A DNA stretch of 64,000 bases from positions 1-64,000 of the forward strand of contig NKIB01012388.1 of NCBI GenBank assembly GCA_002256025.1, in the 5' to 3' direction. Every line of letters begins with the position of its first letter. The first letter of the stretch is position 1. A program made the position numbers and the translations under genes. Shown in pieces: positions 1-10,890 of the stretch. The notes beneath the pieces were generated by a model, which was given only the letters and a program-made list of their open reading frames with translations, did not search any database and was not told the DNA's origin. The stretch comes from Asterionella formosa (Eukaryota).

Positions 1-279
1 ATCTAGCAGGAAGGCTAGAAGCAGAGACAAGAGAGAAAGTGAGTGGTACTAGGTAGTACTACGATCACGTAAGAGTCTACGTGAAGAGAGACCCAACCCG
101 CGGGAAGGAGTACGGACCATTTCAACATACCGGGAGTACCGTGGTGGTTGTTCTGTTATATTTTAGACCATGTATGTACCAGTACCTGGTTCATTGCTAA
201 GGCGGATACAGATTTTTAGATCATTCTACAGCTGACTAAAAAACTCTCGTTTCAACTGATAAACTCTCCTTTCGAAGCT

Positions 280-2400
280 ATGATGTCGCTTCGTTTGCTC
301 TCCTTATGCATCGCCATTGCGGCTGCCCTCGCTTTGACGCCTTCGCGACCAGAGCGAATTGAGTTGAGCAGACAAGAAGTAGCGCAGAAATATCATGATT
401 TGAAACAGCAAGGCGTTGATGAGGTTTCCAACACTGAAGAATCCGCTCTCATGCGCAGTTACCACCTCCGCAAGAAGAAGCGCAAGGGCCTATTGCACAA
501 GAAGGAAGTTTCTCTTGCACAGGTTCTCTTCCCTGGTGTCTCTCCTGAACATTACCGCGACAACGAAGAGGTCATCATGTACACTGACTTGGTGAACTCA
601 AAGAAGACCCAGGTTCCTTTCGAGTATTACGACTTGCCTACGTGCCCTCAGCCAGCTCTAACGGCTGTTCGCAAATGGAAAATGCGAAAAAACCTAGGCA
701 ATCGCTTGCAGGGTGTTGAGATGAAGCCCTCTCCCTTCGTCATGAGGGTAAAGCAGAACCACGGTTGCAAGCCCCTTTGCCAGGTAAACGTTAGTGGCAA
801 GCAGCTCCGTTGGTTGCGCAAGCTTGTTGAACGCCAGTATCGTGTTCACCTTAATTTTGATCAGCTTCCTGCTTTGATGCGCTCGAAGGAGCTAAACTAC
901 GCTGTCCGCGGATACCCAATCGGTTTCAAGGCGCCTCCTTCGTTCACTGGGCTTCAGAACGACGAGTTTTACCTCTATAACCACTTGAAGTTCACCGTCA
1001 CGTACTCTGAAGACCCCAGCGAATTTGACGGAGTCCGCATCACTGGTTTCGATGTCCACCCTGTCTCTTTCTTGCACCATATAGAAGAGTCGGACACTGA
1101 TACCAGTACTAGTTCGACGTGTAACGGGGCAGAGTCTGCCGAGGTTGTGAATGACCCCAACACCTACCTTGCTTTGAGAACTGGTCCAACAGGAGAGGAA
1201 CTTCAAGTCTTATACTCGTACGAGGTCGAGTGGGTGGCTTCTGAACTACCATGGGCTGACCGGTGGGATGTGTATTTGATTGGATCCCCTGACGACGATA
1301 TCCATTATTTTGCGATCGTCAACTCATTGATGATTGTCCTGTTCTTGACTGGAGCTATTGCTACAATCATGATCCGCACTTTGCGCAAAGATATTGCGGG
1401 ATACAACGAGATGCAGACACTCGAGGAGGCTCAGGAAGAGACTGGGTGGAAGTTGGTCCACGGCGATGTTTTCCGCCCTCCTCAGTTCTCGCCAATGTTG
1501 TTGAGCGTGCTCGTCGGTACCGGGTCCCAGCTTGGATGCGCTTTCTTTTTCAGTATGGTATGTGCTATCCTCAAGATCTTGAATCCTATGAAAAAGGGAG
1601 CGACATTGACTGCCATCTTGATCTTGTATGTTCTCTCTGGCAGTGTTGCTGGCTATGTCTCTGCTCGTATTTACAAGTTCTGCGATGGCAAGGCCTGGAA
1701 GTTGAACACTATTTACACTGCTGCTGGTCTTCCTGGAGCTCTTGTTTCCATTTTCATGGTTTTGAATATCTTTCTGAGCTTTGCTGGAGCTGCCACAGCT
1801 GTTAGCTTCTTGACCATTCTCTCCCTCTTCGCGTTGTGGCTCTGCGTTTCTACTCCTCTTGTTTTTGTCGGTAGCTTCTTCGGGTTCCGAGCTGAGAAAG
1901 TTGTGGTACCTACCAAGACAAACCAAATCGCCCGCATCATTCCTGAAATTGCTTGGTATTCCACCCCTCCTTTCTCTATTGTGTTGGGAGGTATCCTTCC
2001 ATTCGGAAGTGTGTGCATTGAGCTCTTCTTCATAATGAGTGCTTTGTGGTTACACCAGATCTACTATGTCATGGGTTTCTTATTGGTTGTCCTCTTGATC
2101 CTTGCCGCCACTTGTGCTGAAGTCGCGGTTGTCATGTGTTACTTACAGCTCTGTAGCGAAGACCACCGCTGGTGGTGGAAGTCCTTCGGGAACTGCGCGT
2201 CAGCTGGATTGTATCTCTTTTTGTACAGTCTTTGGTTTTTGAGCAGTCGATTGGATTTGGTTGGTGTCCTTCCAGTGGTCGTGTACTTGACATACATGAC
2301 AATGATCTCGGTTTGCTTTGGACTTTTCTGCGGTTCCATTGGAGTTGTGACAAGCTTCTGGTTCAATCGAACAATTTACGGGGCTTTGAAAGTTGACTAG
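280..2400 (+). CDS. TM9SF: Transmembrane 9 superfamily protein (nonaspanin/EMP70, TM9SF2/4-like), paralog 1, single exon
   Basis: 706-aa ORF with a signal peptide, lumenal domain starting LFPGVSP, WADRWDVYL, IHYFAIVNS, ETGWKLVHGDVFRPP, GGILPFG, EDHRWWWKSF, nine hydrophobic segments and a C-terminal KVD (KxD/E Golgi retention motif). Confidence 0.96.
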   Translation: MMSLRLLSLCIAIAAALALTPSRPERIELSRQEVAQKYHDLKQQGVDEVSNTEESALMRSYHLRKKKRKGLLHKKEVSLAQVLFPGVSPEHYRDNEEVIMYTDLVNSKKTQVPFEYYDLPTCPQPALTAVRKWKMRKNLGNRLQGVEMKPSPFVMRVKQNHGCKPLCQVNVSGKQLRWLRKLVERQYRVHLNFDQLPALMRSKELNYAVRGYPIGFKAPPSFTGLQNDEFYLYNHLKFTVTYSEDPSEFDGVRITGFDVHPVSFLHHIEESDTDTSTSSTCNGAESAEVVNDPNTYLALRTGPTGEELQVLYSYEVEWVASELPWADRWDVYLIGSPDDDIHYFAIVNSLMIVLFLTGAIATIMIRTLRKDIAGYNEMQTLEEAQEETGWKLVHGDVFRPPQFSPMLLSVLVGTGSQLGCAFFFSMVCAILKILNPMKKGATLTAILILYVLSGSVAGYVSARIYKFCDGKAWKLNTIYTAAGLPGALVSIFMVLNIFLSFAGAATAVSFLTILSLFALWLCVSTPLVFVGSFFGFRAEKVVVPTKTNQIARIIPEIAWYSTPPFSIVLGGILPFGSVCIELFFIMSALWLHQIYYVMGFLLVVLLILAATCAEVAVVMCYLQLCSEDHRWWWKSFGNCASAGLYLFLYSLWFLSSRLDLVGVLPVVVYLTYMTMISVCFGLFCGSIGVVTSFWFNRTIYGALKVD

Positions 2401-3189
2401 GTTACAGAAAGCGCTCGGAATATACCGGTACATAGTGCATGTTTAAAATTTTCTCCGACCATTGCTATTGAGGCTAAACAACTTTGCTGGTGAGAAAACA
2501 CTAAGCTGCTAGCAGCTTTTTATGCAATAGAAGATTTTAGACTAGTGAAGACCTAGGATTTTTCTTGCGTGCTACTGGCACAAGTACTTCGTTCTAATGA
2601 ATGTTCAACTTTTTGTGAAGCACACTGCAAAGCAAACAATGGTATCTGCATGTAAGGGCACATGTGGGATCTTTGTTTCCATGCTAAATAATTTACTGAA
2701 GTCTGATGGTACTCCCTCTGCAGACCACAGAGTTGCAACACCACTCACATCAATATGTGTACAGATTCGAGCGAGCTGACTGACTGTCGCAAATATATCC
2801 CCGCACTCCAGTACCTATCATCACCATGTCTGTTGGGTTGGTTATACAACTTTGGAACCTTTCTGGCTATGCCTGCCAGGAAAGCTCCACATGGCTGCAC
2901 AATTGATAGTTGTGCAGTTTTAGAAGGTGCTTAACAAATGAAATTTTTATTCACTAATACCTCAAATTCACAAAACTTTGAAACCATGATCATCAATGAG
3001 TGATCTAAAGAGTGCTTCCTTGATCGCCTACTTTCATTGCTGGTACAATATTTATCACTGATGATGATAAAATGAGTGCTGTTGAGTTAGCTACTAGTAC
3101 TCATATTGAGAAGAGCAAAACATGGCATGCAGAGGACAAAAGTGTTGTGGATTTCGCACTCCCTGGTACTGCTATCATATGCATGAAAA

Positions 3190-3554
3190 AGGGGAATGGC
3201 TCAGTTGGTTGGGCATGTTGCCTTTGATTTCAAGTTGTGTGGTTCAATTCCCGTAGTTTTTTGACAAGGAATTGTTGGGTTCAACTCCCACACTCCTCAC
3301 TGTCCCACGCGGTCTTTCCTGGTGTGCAAGGAAAAGTGGGTTGCCCCCCTAAAGGCAGTGTGCTGCCTTCCTAGTAGGTGGTCGGAGTTTCCCCTAACAC
3401 TGCGGCTAAGACAATCACCTTTCACAAAAGATGGCTGGTATGCTGCTAACACAATTAGGGAAGCACATGGACTTGTTGGCAGGCTGTGCCATGAAATTCT
3501 ACATGTATCTCTGTGGTCTTAGAAAGCACATTATAAGTGAGTTTCAATTTTGTA
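3190..3554 (+). mobile_element. tRNA-derived SINE, copy 1
   Basis: Head ggggaatggctcagttggtt (A box) and ggttcaattcc (B box, repeated as ggttcaactcc). Tail gtcttagaaagcacattataagtgagtttcaatttt. Flanked by a perfect 13-bp direct repeat atatgcatgaaaa (3177-3189, 3555-3567). Confidence 0.75.
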
Positions 3555-4678
3555 ATATGCATGAAAAGCTTAGCCTTTGGTTTGAATTTTGATATGAAAA
3601 CGAAAAAATACATGCCTTAAGCATGTCTGAAATAAAGAGTATCATATTAATAAGAAAACAGGAATCAACAAAGGATTTTGTCTTTGAGAATGGCAAGAAC
3701 AAATCAACAGGCCATGCATCAGCTGGAAAATTGGTTGCAGAGGAGCAAATTGTCAGGGTTTATCTGATATGTCAATTAATTGCTGTGTTGGCAGCAGCAG
3801 TTAGGAGGCGAAGTTGACTCATCAGTAGAAGCAGCAAAACTGGTTTTGTCTGAAGATTTGGTAAACAATTCAATTGTGGGAAGCCAAATGCATTGTTTGG
3901 TCTCAGTCAATCTGCTGCATACATTTGTGATTGGATAAAGAGGCTTCTAAAAAACAGGCCAGATACCCATTGGAACATATAATGTTTGCGAACATCCAAA
4001 ACAAACTTGATATGGTAGATGGAAAACTGGAATCCATTAAAAATTAGGTAGACAGTTTGTCTTCTCAGAAAACTAGAAAACATAATCGATGAGTATTACT
4101 CAAAAAAATTCCATGATCAAGCCCTTTTCCAAATGATATTCCTTACTCAAGTCTTTTATCACCTGTGAATGGCTTAGTTATATTAAGTGTGACTTCTGAA
4201 ACTCAGCTGTTAGGTGAAATCGCCTTGCCTGTTGCGAGGCGATAAATGACAGATAAATTCAATACATGGGATTAATTTTCATATTCAAGTGGCAATTGGG
4301 ATGACCTGCCCTGTAACCTGATTTAATTTATGCTCATACTACTTTTCTTGTAGTTTCTAAATAAATAATGTCATGCTTTAGGAATGATCATTTAAATTAT
4401 GACATGATGGAAGGCCTGATGATAGCGCACGTTTTATGTGCACCTTTTCAGTTCCGACACACTCCCGATGGATTGTCTCATGCCTGCTGGACGAGATAGA
4501 CTGGCTTTTCATTCCAAACTCTCTTAAGTAACTTTCTTCAATGTTAAATTATCATTCATTAAATCGAAGCAGTGTTCTGATCATCGAAATCGTGTTCACT
4601 AGTACTACTGGTAATGGTATTCAGCAACTTGATGACGGTTTGCTAATGGAATTCACCAATCAAAAAAATCTGTAGCGT

Positions 4679-4810
4679 CTAGTCAGCAATTTCTAGTCGC
4701 AGTCAGCATTTTCTAGTCGTAGTCAGCAAATTCTTGTCTCTGTCAGCAAATTCTAATCATTGTCAGGAAGTTCTAGTCGTTGTCAGCAGATTTCTAGTCA
4801 TATCAGCAAT
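4679..4810. repeat. 20-bp tandem array (consensus ~tgtcagcaaattctagtcgt), ~6-7 units
   Basis: Directly visible period-20 repeats. Confidence 0.92.
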
Positions 4811-5565
4811 CATAAGCAAAAGAGTCTTTTTGAAAATGTATATGGACTAATAATAGACATTACCTAAATAGAGAATCAAACAAAATTTTGTTCGACCAAC
4901 AGATTACTGCCGTAGTGTAGCGTGCTGCGTACTACTATAAAAGCAAGTGTCAAATCTGTTTGTAACTTCGTTGTTTTGAATTGTGAATCATCTAAACTAC
5001 ATGAAGCAATGCGCCATCAGCGACTTAAATTTTTGTTGTGAACTTTAGTGTCATTACAATTATTTTGTTATGATTGTTTATCATTTATGTTGTGTTAGAT
5101 ATATTAACCAAATAGCATAGAGTCGTTTTCATTTGCCATGGAGAAATTCGTTATTTTCGACATGGTCAAGGCAGAGACGGCATGATGCAGTATTCTCCAT
5201 CTGCCCAAAAGAACTACACTCTAGCGTTTTATACATAAAGAAATCACAACATCTACGCTAAATAATTATGTACTAGCTTCTATAAGGGCTACCTCAGGTA
5301 CCAGGTTCCCTGGAAATATATATCGGTATCCTATGTAGCCATAGTATATATCGTGATATGTGATATATGTATGACATTGCAAATAGTACAGTGGTACCTG
5401 GTAGTAGGCTGTTGCATCTGGCGTGATGATGACTATGACCATGTATGTATAGATATGACATTACATATGCTTATATGTAGTATTGGCAAGGCAATCAGGT
5501 GGTTGTGTTCGTTCATGTTTACACTTCATAGGCATAAGGGTCATTCAGAAAATCTATTTTTATTT

Positions 5566-5690
5566 GCAAGTTCTAGTCGTTGTCAGCAAATTCTAGTTGC
5601 TGTCAGCAAGTTCTAGTCATTGTCAACAAATTTTAGTAATTGTCAGCAAATTCTAGTCGTTGTCAGCCTGGTCATTGCCAGCAAGTTCTG
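5566..5690. repeat. Second 20-bp tandem array, same orientation, ~5-6 units
   Basis: ttctagtcgttgtcagcaaa-type units repeated. Confidence 0.92.
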
Positions 5691-5964
5691 AACGTAGAAA
5701 GGTAGGATTCCTGTGTGGATTCCAAAGCTAGGAGCAGAAGGCGGTTTCTTGAACTGATTTATCAGTCAGCAAATCCGAGTCGTGTTCAGAGACTGACTCT
5801 TCAAATCATCATCGGTCAATAAGAGTAACGTTTTCCTAAATTACTGAAGGAATATTAATTTTCATCGAAAGCTGGTCTATCTTGTCTGGCAGGCGTGAGA
5901 TGATCCATTGGGAGTGCATCGAAACTGAAAAGGTGCGCTTAAAACGTGCGCAAACGGACCTTTC

Positions 5965-6395
5965 AGAGGTACCTGGTACCAGGTACCGGTACCTGGGAGT
6001 CACATTCACAAATGCTGGTATGTATAGTAAAAAAGCATTTCATCACATCTATGATACCGGGAGTAACTAGAACAAAACTGAAAAAATTAGATACTTACAT
6101 ATGTATGCAGTAAATGGATATGCATGCGGCGCATATAATATCCCTTATGATGCCACTTGCACCGTACCTGGTACCTACTGTATTTCAAAGAAGCCAATGC
6201 TGGTCCCTTTCTTTGAGTACGTCCTGGTACCTGGTACCAGGTTTACCAGCAAGTTGCGGAATTTTGCTAGTGCTAAAGATTTAGCTGTCTTTATCCGAGA
6301 TTAAATGTCAGTTAAAGCAAAATGACCGCAACTTGCACAGGTACCGGTACCGAGAAGTACTGTATCATGAATGGTTTACACACCCTGGTACCACC
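5965..6395. promoter_or_regulatory. Cluster of GGTACC/TACCWGGTA palindromes upstream of TM9SF paralog 2
   Basis: Examples: aggtacctggtaccaggtaccggtacctgg, gtacctggtacctac, ctggtacctggtaccagg, ggtaccggtacc. The regulatory role is inferred from position only. Confidence 0.5.
6249..6336. mobile_element. 88-bp MITE with 11-bp perfect TIRs (gcaagttgcgg...ccgcaacttgc), copy 1
   Basis: Perfect terminal inverted repeats. The internal sequence matches 12062-12151 in opposite orientation. Confidence 0.75.
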
Positions 6396-6857
6396 ACCGT
6401 TTGAATTAATTTTTTTTCGTACACTTGTACATAGCCAGGGGGTATTTCGAAATTGCCAAGGCAGGGAGGAAACCTCTAGATTCCCCATACATTTTGTACA
6501 TGATTTACGCAGGATACCAAATGAGCTGAACAATTTAATACTTACGAGGTAGGAACAGGTGCGCGTTTGATCCCATTTGCTTGCTGCCTTGGTTAACCTC
6601 CTCCTCGAAATTAGCAAGAATTATTCTACCGGTACAAATGTTTACGTTTGATACATTAATTTATGTATGCATTCAAAGCAAGAAGGATTAAGAAATATCA
6701 AGTCTACATGCATACTGTACATAAAATAACAGACGGTGAGGTCCCATCCCCTCCAAAACCCTGCTCTTTTCTGCATACCGGCACATAGGCTGGAAAAAGT
6801 AGTCTAGTAGAAGTCCTGTGTAGTACCTCACTGCTGCTGTTTGATCGCTTTTTGACC

Positions 6858-9017
6858 ATGTTAACTAAGAAAGCGCTATTGTCCCTTCTATTGGCCCTGG
6901 TGTTAGCCGTTACGGCTGCGAAGAGCCGCACAGATGGATCAATGCCAGAAGCAGCTCCGAAGGCTCGTCTGTCCCGTAAGGAGAGAAAGGCCATGGCCAA
7001 GCTCGAAGCGAAGAGATACATGGAGCTTCGCAGTCAAGGACAAGACGAGGTTTCTAACACCGAGGAAGCCGCTCTCATGCGCAACTACCGTCTTCGCTCC
7101 AGGAAGCGCAAAGGTATTTTGCGGAAGAAAGAAGCGTCGCTTGCTCAGATCCTTTTCCCTGGAGTCTCGCCCGAAGATTTCAATAGCAATGAAGACATTG
7201 TCATTTACGCGGACCTTGTGGAATCCAAAAAGACTCAGGTTCCCTTCGAGTTCTATGACTTGCCCTCCTGCCCCCCTCAAGATCTGAAGGTCAAAAATGT
7301 CCGAAAGAACCTCGGAGCTCGTCTACAGGGACACAAGATCACTGTCTCGCCATTTGCCCTAAAGGTCAAGCAAGATATTGGATGTACCCCGTTGTGCATT
7401 GTGGAAATTTCCGGAAAGAAGCTTCGCTGGGTTCGCAAGTTAGTTGAAAGGCAGTACCGCATTCACCTCACCTTGGATCAGCTTCCGGTTTTGATGCGCT
7501 CTAAGGAGCTTAACTACGCCGTCCGGGGATATCCCGTTGGTTTCAAAGCCCCACCTACCTCCTCTAGCCTCAAAACTGACGAGATGTACCTCTACAATCA
7601 CTTGAGGTTCACTGTCACCTACAATGAAGACCCCGCCGTTTCTGAAGGGGTCAGAATCACTGGCTTCGATGTCCACCCTGTCTCAATCGACCACAAATTT
7701 GAAGGTGACCTCACTGCTTCCTCCAAGGTCGACACATGTAACGACGGGAACTCCGAAAGTGTTGTGAACAACCCAAACACCTACTTGGCTCTTCGTGCCG
7801 GGGATGATGGAAAGCCTGTTAAAGTACTGTACTCCTATGAAGTCATCTGGGTGGCTTCTGAACTTCCATGGGCTGACCGGTGGGATGTGTACTTGATTGG
7901 ATCGCCTGACGACGATATCCATTATTTTGCGATCGTCAATTCATTGATGATTGTCCTGTTCCTGACTGGAGCTATCGCTACCATCCTGATTCGCACTTTG
8001 CGTAAAGATATTTCTGGATACAATGAGATGCAGACACTCGAGGAGGTTCAAGACGAGACTGGGTGGAAGCTGGTCCACGGAGATGTCTTCCGACCACCTG
8101 AGTTTTCTCCCATGTTTCTTAGTGTGCTTGTTGGTGCAGGTGCCCAGCTTGGATGTGCTTTCTTCCTTAGCATGGTCTTTGCAATGGGGAAGTTCCTTAA
8201 TCCCCTCAAGAAGGGACAGACTTTGTCCACTCTAATTATCCTTTATGTTATGAGCGGGAGTGTCGCTGGTTATGTGTCTGCTCGTATTTACAAGTTCTGT
8301 GATGGCAAGGCCTGGAAGTTGAACACTATTTACACTGCTATTGGGCTCCCTGGACTTTTTGTATCTATGTTCGTGATATTGAATGTCTTTTTGGGCCTTG
8401 TTGGTGCCGCCACTTCTGTTTCCTTCCTCACTATTTTGTCTATCTTCGCCTTGTGGTGCTGTGTTGCTACTCCATTGGTCTTCCTCGGTGCCTATTGCGG
8501 CTTGTGTGCCTCTAAAATTGAGGTGCCTACAAAGACGAATCAAATTGCACGTGTTGTACCTGAGTTGCCTTGGCATGTAAACCCTGTTGTCACCATGATA
8601 CTCGGTGGTGTACTACCTTTTGGCAGTGTTTGCATTGAAATGGCTTTCATCATGAGTGCCTTGTGGTTACACCAAATGTACTACGTCATGGGGTTTTTAA
8701 TGGCTGTCCTTTTAATCCTTGCTGCTACCTGCGCCGAGGTTGCAATTGTCATGTGCTACTTGCAGCTCTGTAGTGAAGATCATCGCTGGTGGTGGAAGTC
8801 TTACTGGAACTGTGCCTCAGCGGGAGTTTATCTCTTCTTGTACAGTCTTTGGTTTTTGAACAGTCGATTGGATCTGGTTGGTGTCCTTCCTGTTGTTGTC
8901 TACTTGACATATATGTTGATGATCTCCACCTGCTTTAGTGTTTTCTGCGGTTCCGTTGGTGTTTTGGCATGTTTCTGGTTCAATAAAACAATCTACGGGG
9001 CTCTCAAAGTTGACTAA
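6858..9017 (+). CDS. TM9SF: Transmembrane 9 superfamily protein, paralog 2 (tandem duplicate), single exon
   Basis: First ATG at 6858 (the track ORF starts at TTG 6852). Same motifs as paralog 1 and ends YGALKVD. Confidence 0.96.
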   Translation: MLTKKALLSLLLALVLAVTAAKSRTDGSMPEAAPKARLSRKERKAMAKLEAKRYMELRSQGQDEVSNTEEAALMRNYRLRSRKRKGILRKKEASLAQILFPGVSPEDFNSNEDIVIYADLVESKKTQVPFEFYDLPSCPPQDLKVKNVRKNLGARLQGHKITVSPFALKVKQDIGCTPLCIVEISGKKLRWVRKLVERQYRIHLTLDQLPVLMRSKELNYAVRGYPVGFKAPPTSSSLKTDEMYLYNHLRFTVTYNEDPAVSEGVRITGFDVHPVSIDHKFEGDLTASSKVDTCNDGNSESVVNNPNTYLALRAGDDGKPVKVLYSYEVIWVASELPWADRWDVYLIGSPDDDIHYFAIVNSLMIVLFLTGAIATILIRTLRKDISGYNEMQTLEEVQDETGWKLVHGDVFRPPEFSPMFLSVLVGAGAQLGCAFFLSMVFAMGKFLNPLKKGQTLSTLIILYVMSGSVAGYVSARIYKFCDGKAWKLNTIYTAIGLPGLFVSMFVILNVFLGLVGAATSVSFLTILSIFALWCCVATPLVFLGAYCGLCASKIEVPTKTNQIARVVPELPWHVNPVVTMILGGVLPFGSVCIEMAFIMSALWLHQMYYVMGFLMAVLLILAATCAEVAIVMCYLQLCSEDHRWWWKSYWNCASAGVYLFLYSLWFLNSRLDLVGVLPVVVYLTYMLMISTCFSVFCGSVGVLACFWFNKTIYGALKVD

Positions 9018-10589
9018 GGAATTATCTCAATACCTAGGATTTCTTACATTAGATATGATAAGAAACATATTTCATCAAAGTTGTTTCAGTTGCATTCTTT
9101 TCCTCTTGCAGAGGCAGAACCACTTTTAAGGCTGTGATGTTGTGTGATCACACTGCACTATTACAGATATGCTAGATTTCTGGAAGACCGTACATCATAT
9201 CCCTTTTGACAACCTACAGAAAGTTTTAAAAATTTACACAACTAGATGATGGTAGAAATAATGTATGCATGTAAACATGTATGTTGTAAAAGAAGAAAGA
9301 TATTTTGATCCTATGGAGTAATGGCACCAGAGACTAAATCCCCTGACCAACCCAAAGAATTCGGACTCCGCATCAAGAAATGTAAATACACATTTAATTG
9401 CTGTTGTTGCAATCAATCACATGCCATTGAGAGCTTCCTCTATTGAATCCCATTACTCAGATCATAGCAATGCATGAAAGAAAGCTATCATTCATGTGTG
9501 TTCATACTATCATGACTGTTAGCTGGTTGCTTTGTTCATTGAATATTCCATCCATCACCTTGTGCTGCAGCTACTGCAAAGGGAAGATAATTTGAAACAA
9601 AATGGGTGGATACATTGTCATTTTGTCAATAAATTATTTTGTTATCATCAGGTCACATGTCTTTCATTGTCAGTAAAAATGTGTTTACAATCATGTTGTC
9701 AGATGAATTGTTAGTCACTGGAAGATTTCATTTCCATGGTCTTGCTACTGGTCAATCCATTGAAGTTGCTTTAGGATTCATCGGCTGCAAACAACAGCGA
9801 ACAGTGCGTTGGCTTCAATCATTACAGCAGTCTCAGGCCCTGACAAAAAAGCAGCATGAGGCGCCATTGGTGCTGTGCGTGGTGGTGGCTAGAGTGATGG
9901 TTTCAGTCAACTTGAACTTTTCCGAATAGTCAAAGTCATAAAGGGAGCCTTTGCAGTTTATTGTTACTTGATAATTGTATTGTGGCATCATCCAAAATTG
10001 GAAAGTGTTGCTGACATAAAAAAAAAGGTAAGAACCTAGACAATTTGATTTTGCGCTTTGCCATTGTTATCAACTCTGCTGGCTGTGCATTGTTCATTGC
10101 CTTTTGATTCTCACTTGTTCTGCAATGGCAACATGTTGAATAAAGATTCTCGCCTAGCACCAGTTGGTTCATTCATCACATTCTGATTATTTCATTGGTG
10201 CTTGTCACCACCTTGATTTTTAGGTTCTTGGCTTTCTTGGGTGCATCTGCAAAGATGCAAGAGTAAGTGTCGCTATGATCTTCATATCTTTAAGTTTGTT
10301 GCGTCCTAGATTGGGTCTATAATCAATTAAATATGGGCGCAGTTAATTGTGCTCGTTCCCCCATACAATGTACTAGACTCCTTCTGTAAAATGAACACAC
10401 AAAAATGCTGGCGTGGTCTGCAGTGTTGTATGCATCTACTGTGAGGGCCTCTAATTTGCCACCCTTCAACTACCACGAATGGATAAGCTCGAAATAAGGA
10501 CAAAAAGTATGGCTGGATTCATTCTCAGGGTACCCAAGGTGGCCCTCAGAAGCGCTTGGAAAGAATTATTTGGATGAAATATTAAAAAC

Positions 10590-10890
10590 AATACAGCGTA
10601 GTCATTGTGATTGGCTTGTGCATCCTACATCATGTCGTCTCAATCATGACAATGACGAACAAAGCGGAAATCTGACAAAAATCGAGAACACTCTGCATTG
10701 ACCATGACGAAAAAAACGAATCTCTCCATGAAAACTGAGAACAACGCTTTGCTATTTGGTACATATATCAAAAACAATATAGAAAATACAATCGTAAAAG
10801 AATTATGTTAATAACACTAATATTGACAGCGAAAATTGAAGTCAACAATAGCTCAGTGATGTCGCATTTTTCTTGTAAGGTACATAACTT
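10590..10890. repeat. Partial diverged copy of the family A core (no 20-bp arrays)
   Basis: ttgaccatgacgaa...tctccatgaaaa...aatcgtaaaagaattat...aatattga aligns with 58605-58780 and with the reverse complement of ~5000-5170. Confidence 0.65.

Larger units (their letters stand above)
4405..5850. mobile_element. Dispersed non-coding repeat element (family A) carrying two internal 20-bp tandem arrays
   Basis: Colinear by eye with the reverse complement of ~57770-59265. Its core also matches ~10590-10890. Confidence 0.7.

Noticed and set aside
2709..2740. tactccctctg...agttgca resembling the mariner left TIR (possible Stowaway MITE)
   Set aside because: No matching right TIR was found nearby, and the match is too short to call.
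4679..5690. 20-bp repeat arrays as a CRISPR array
   Set aside because: Units are head-to-tail with no unique spacers, no cas genes are present, and the context is eukaryotic.
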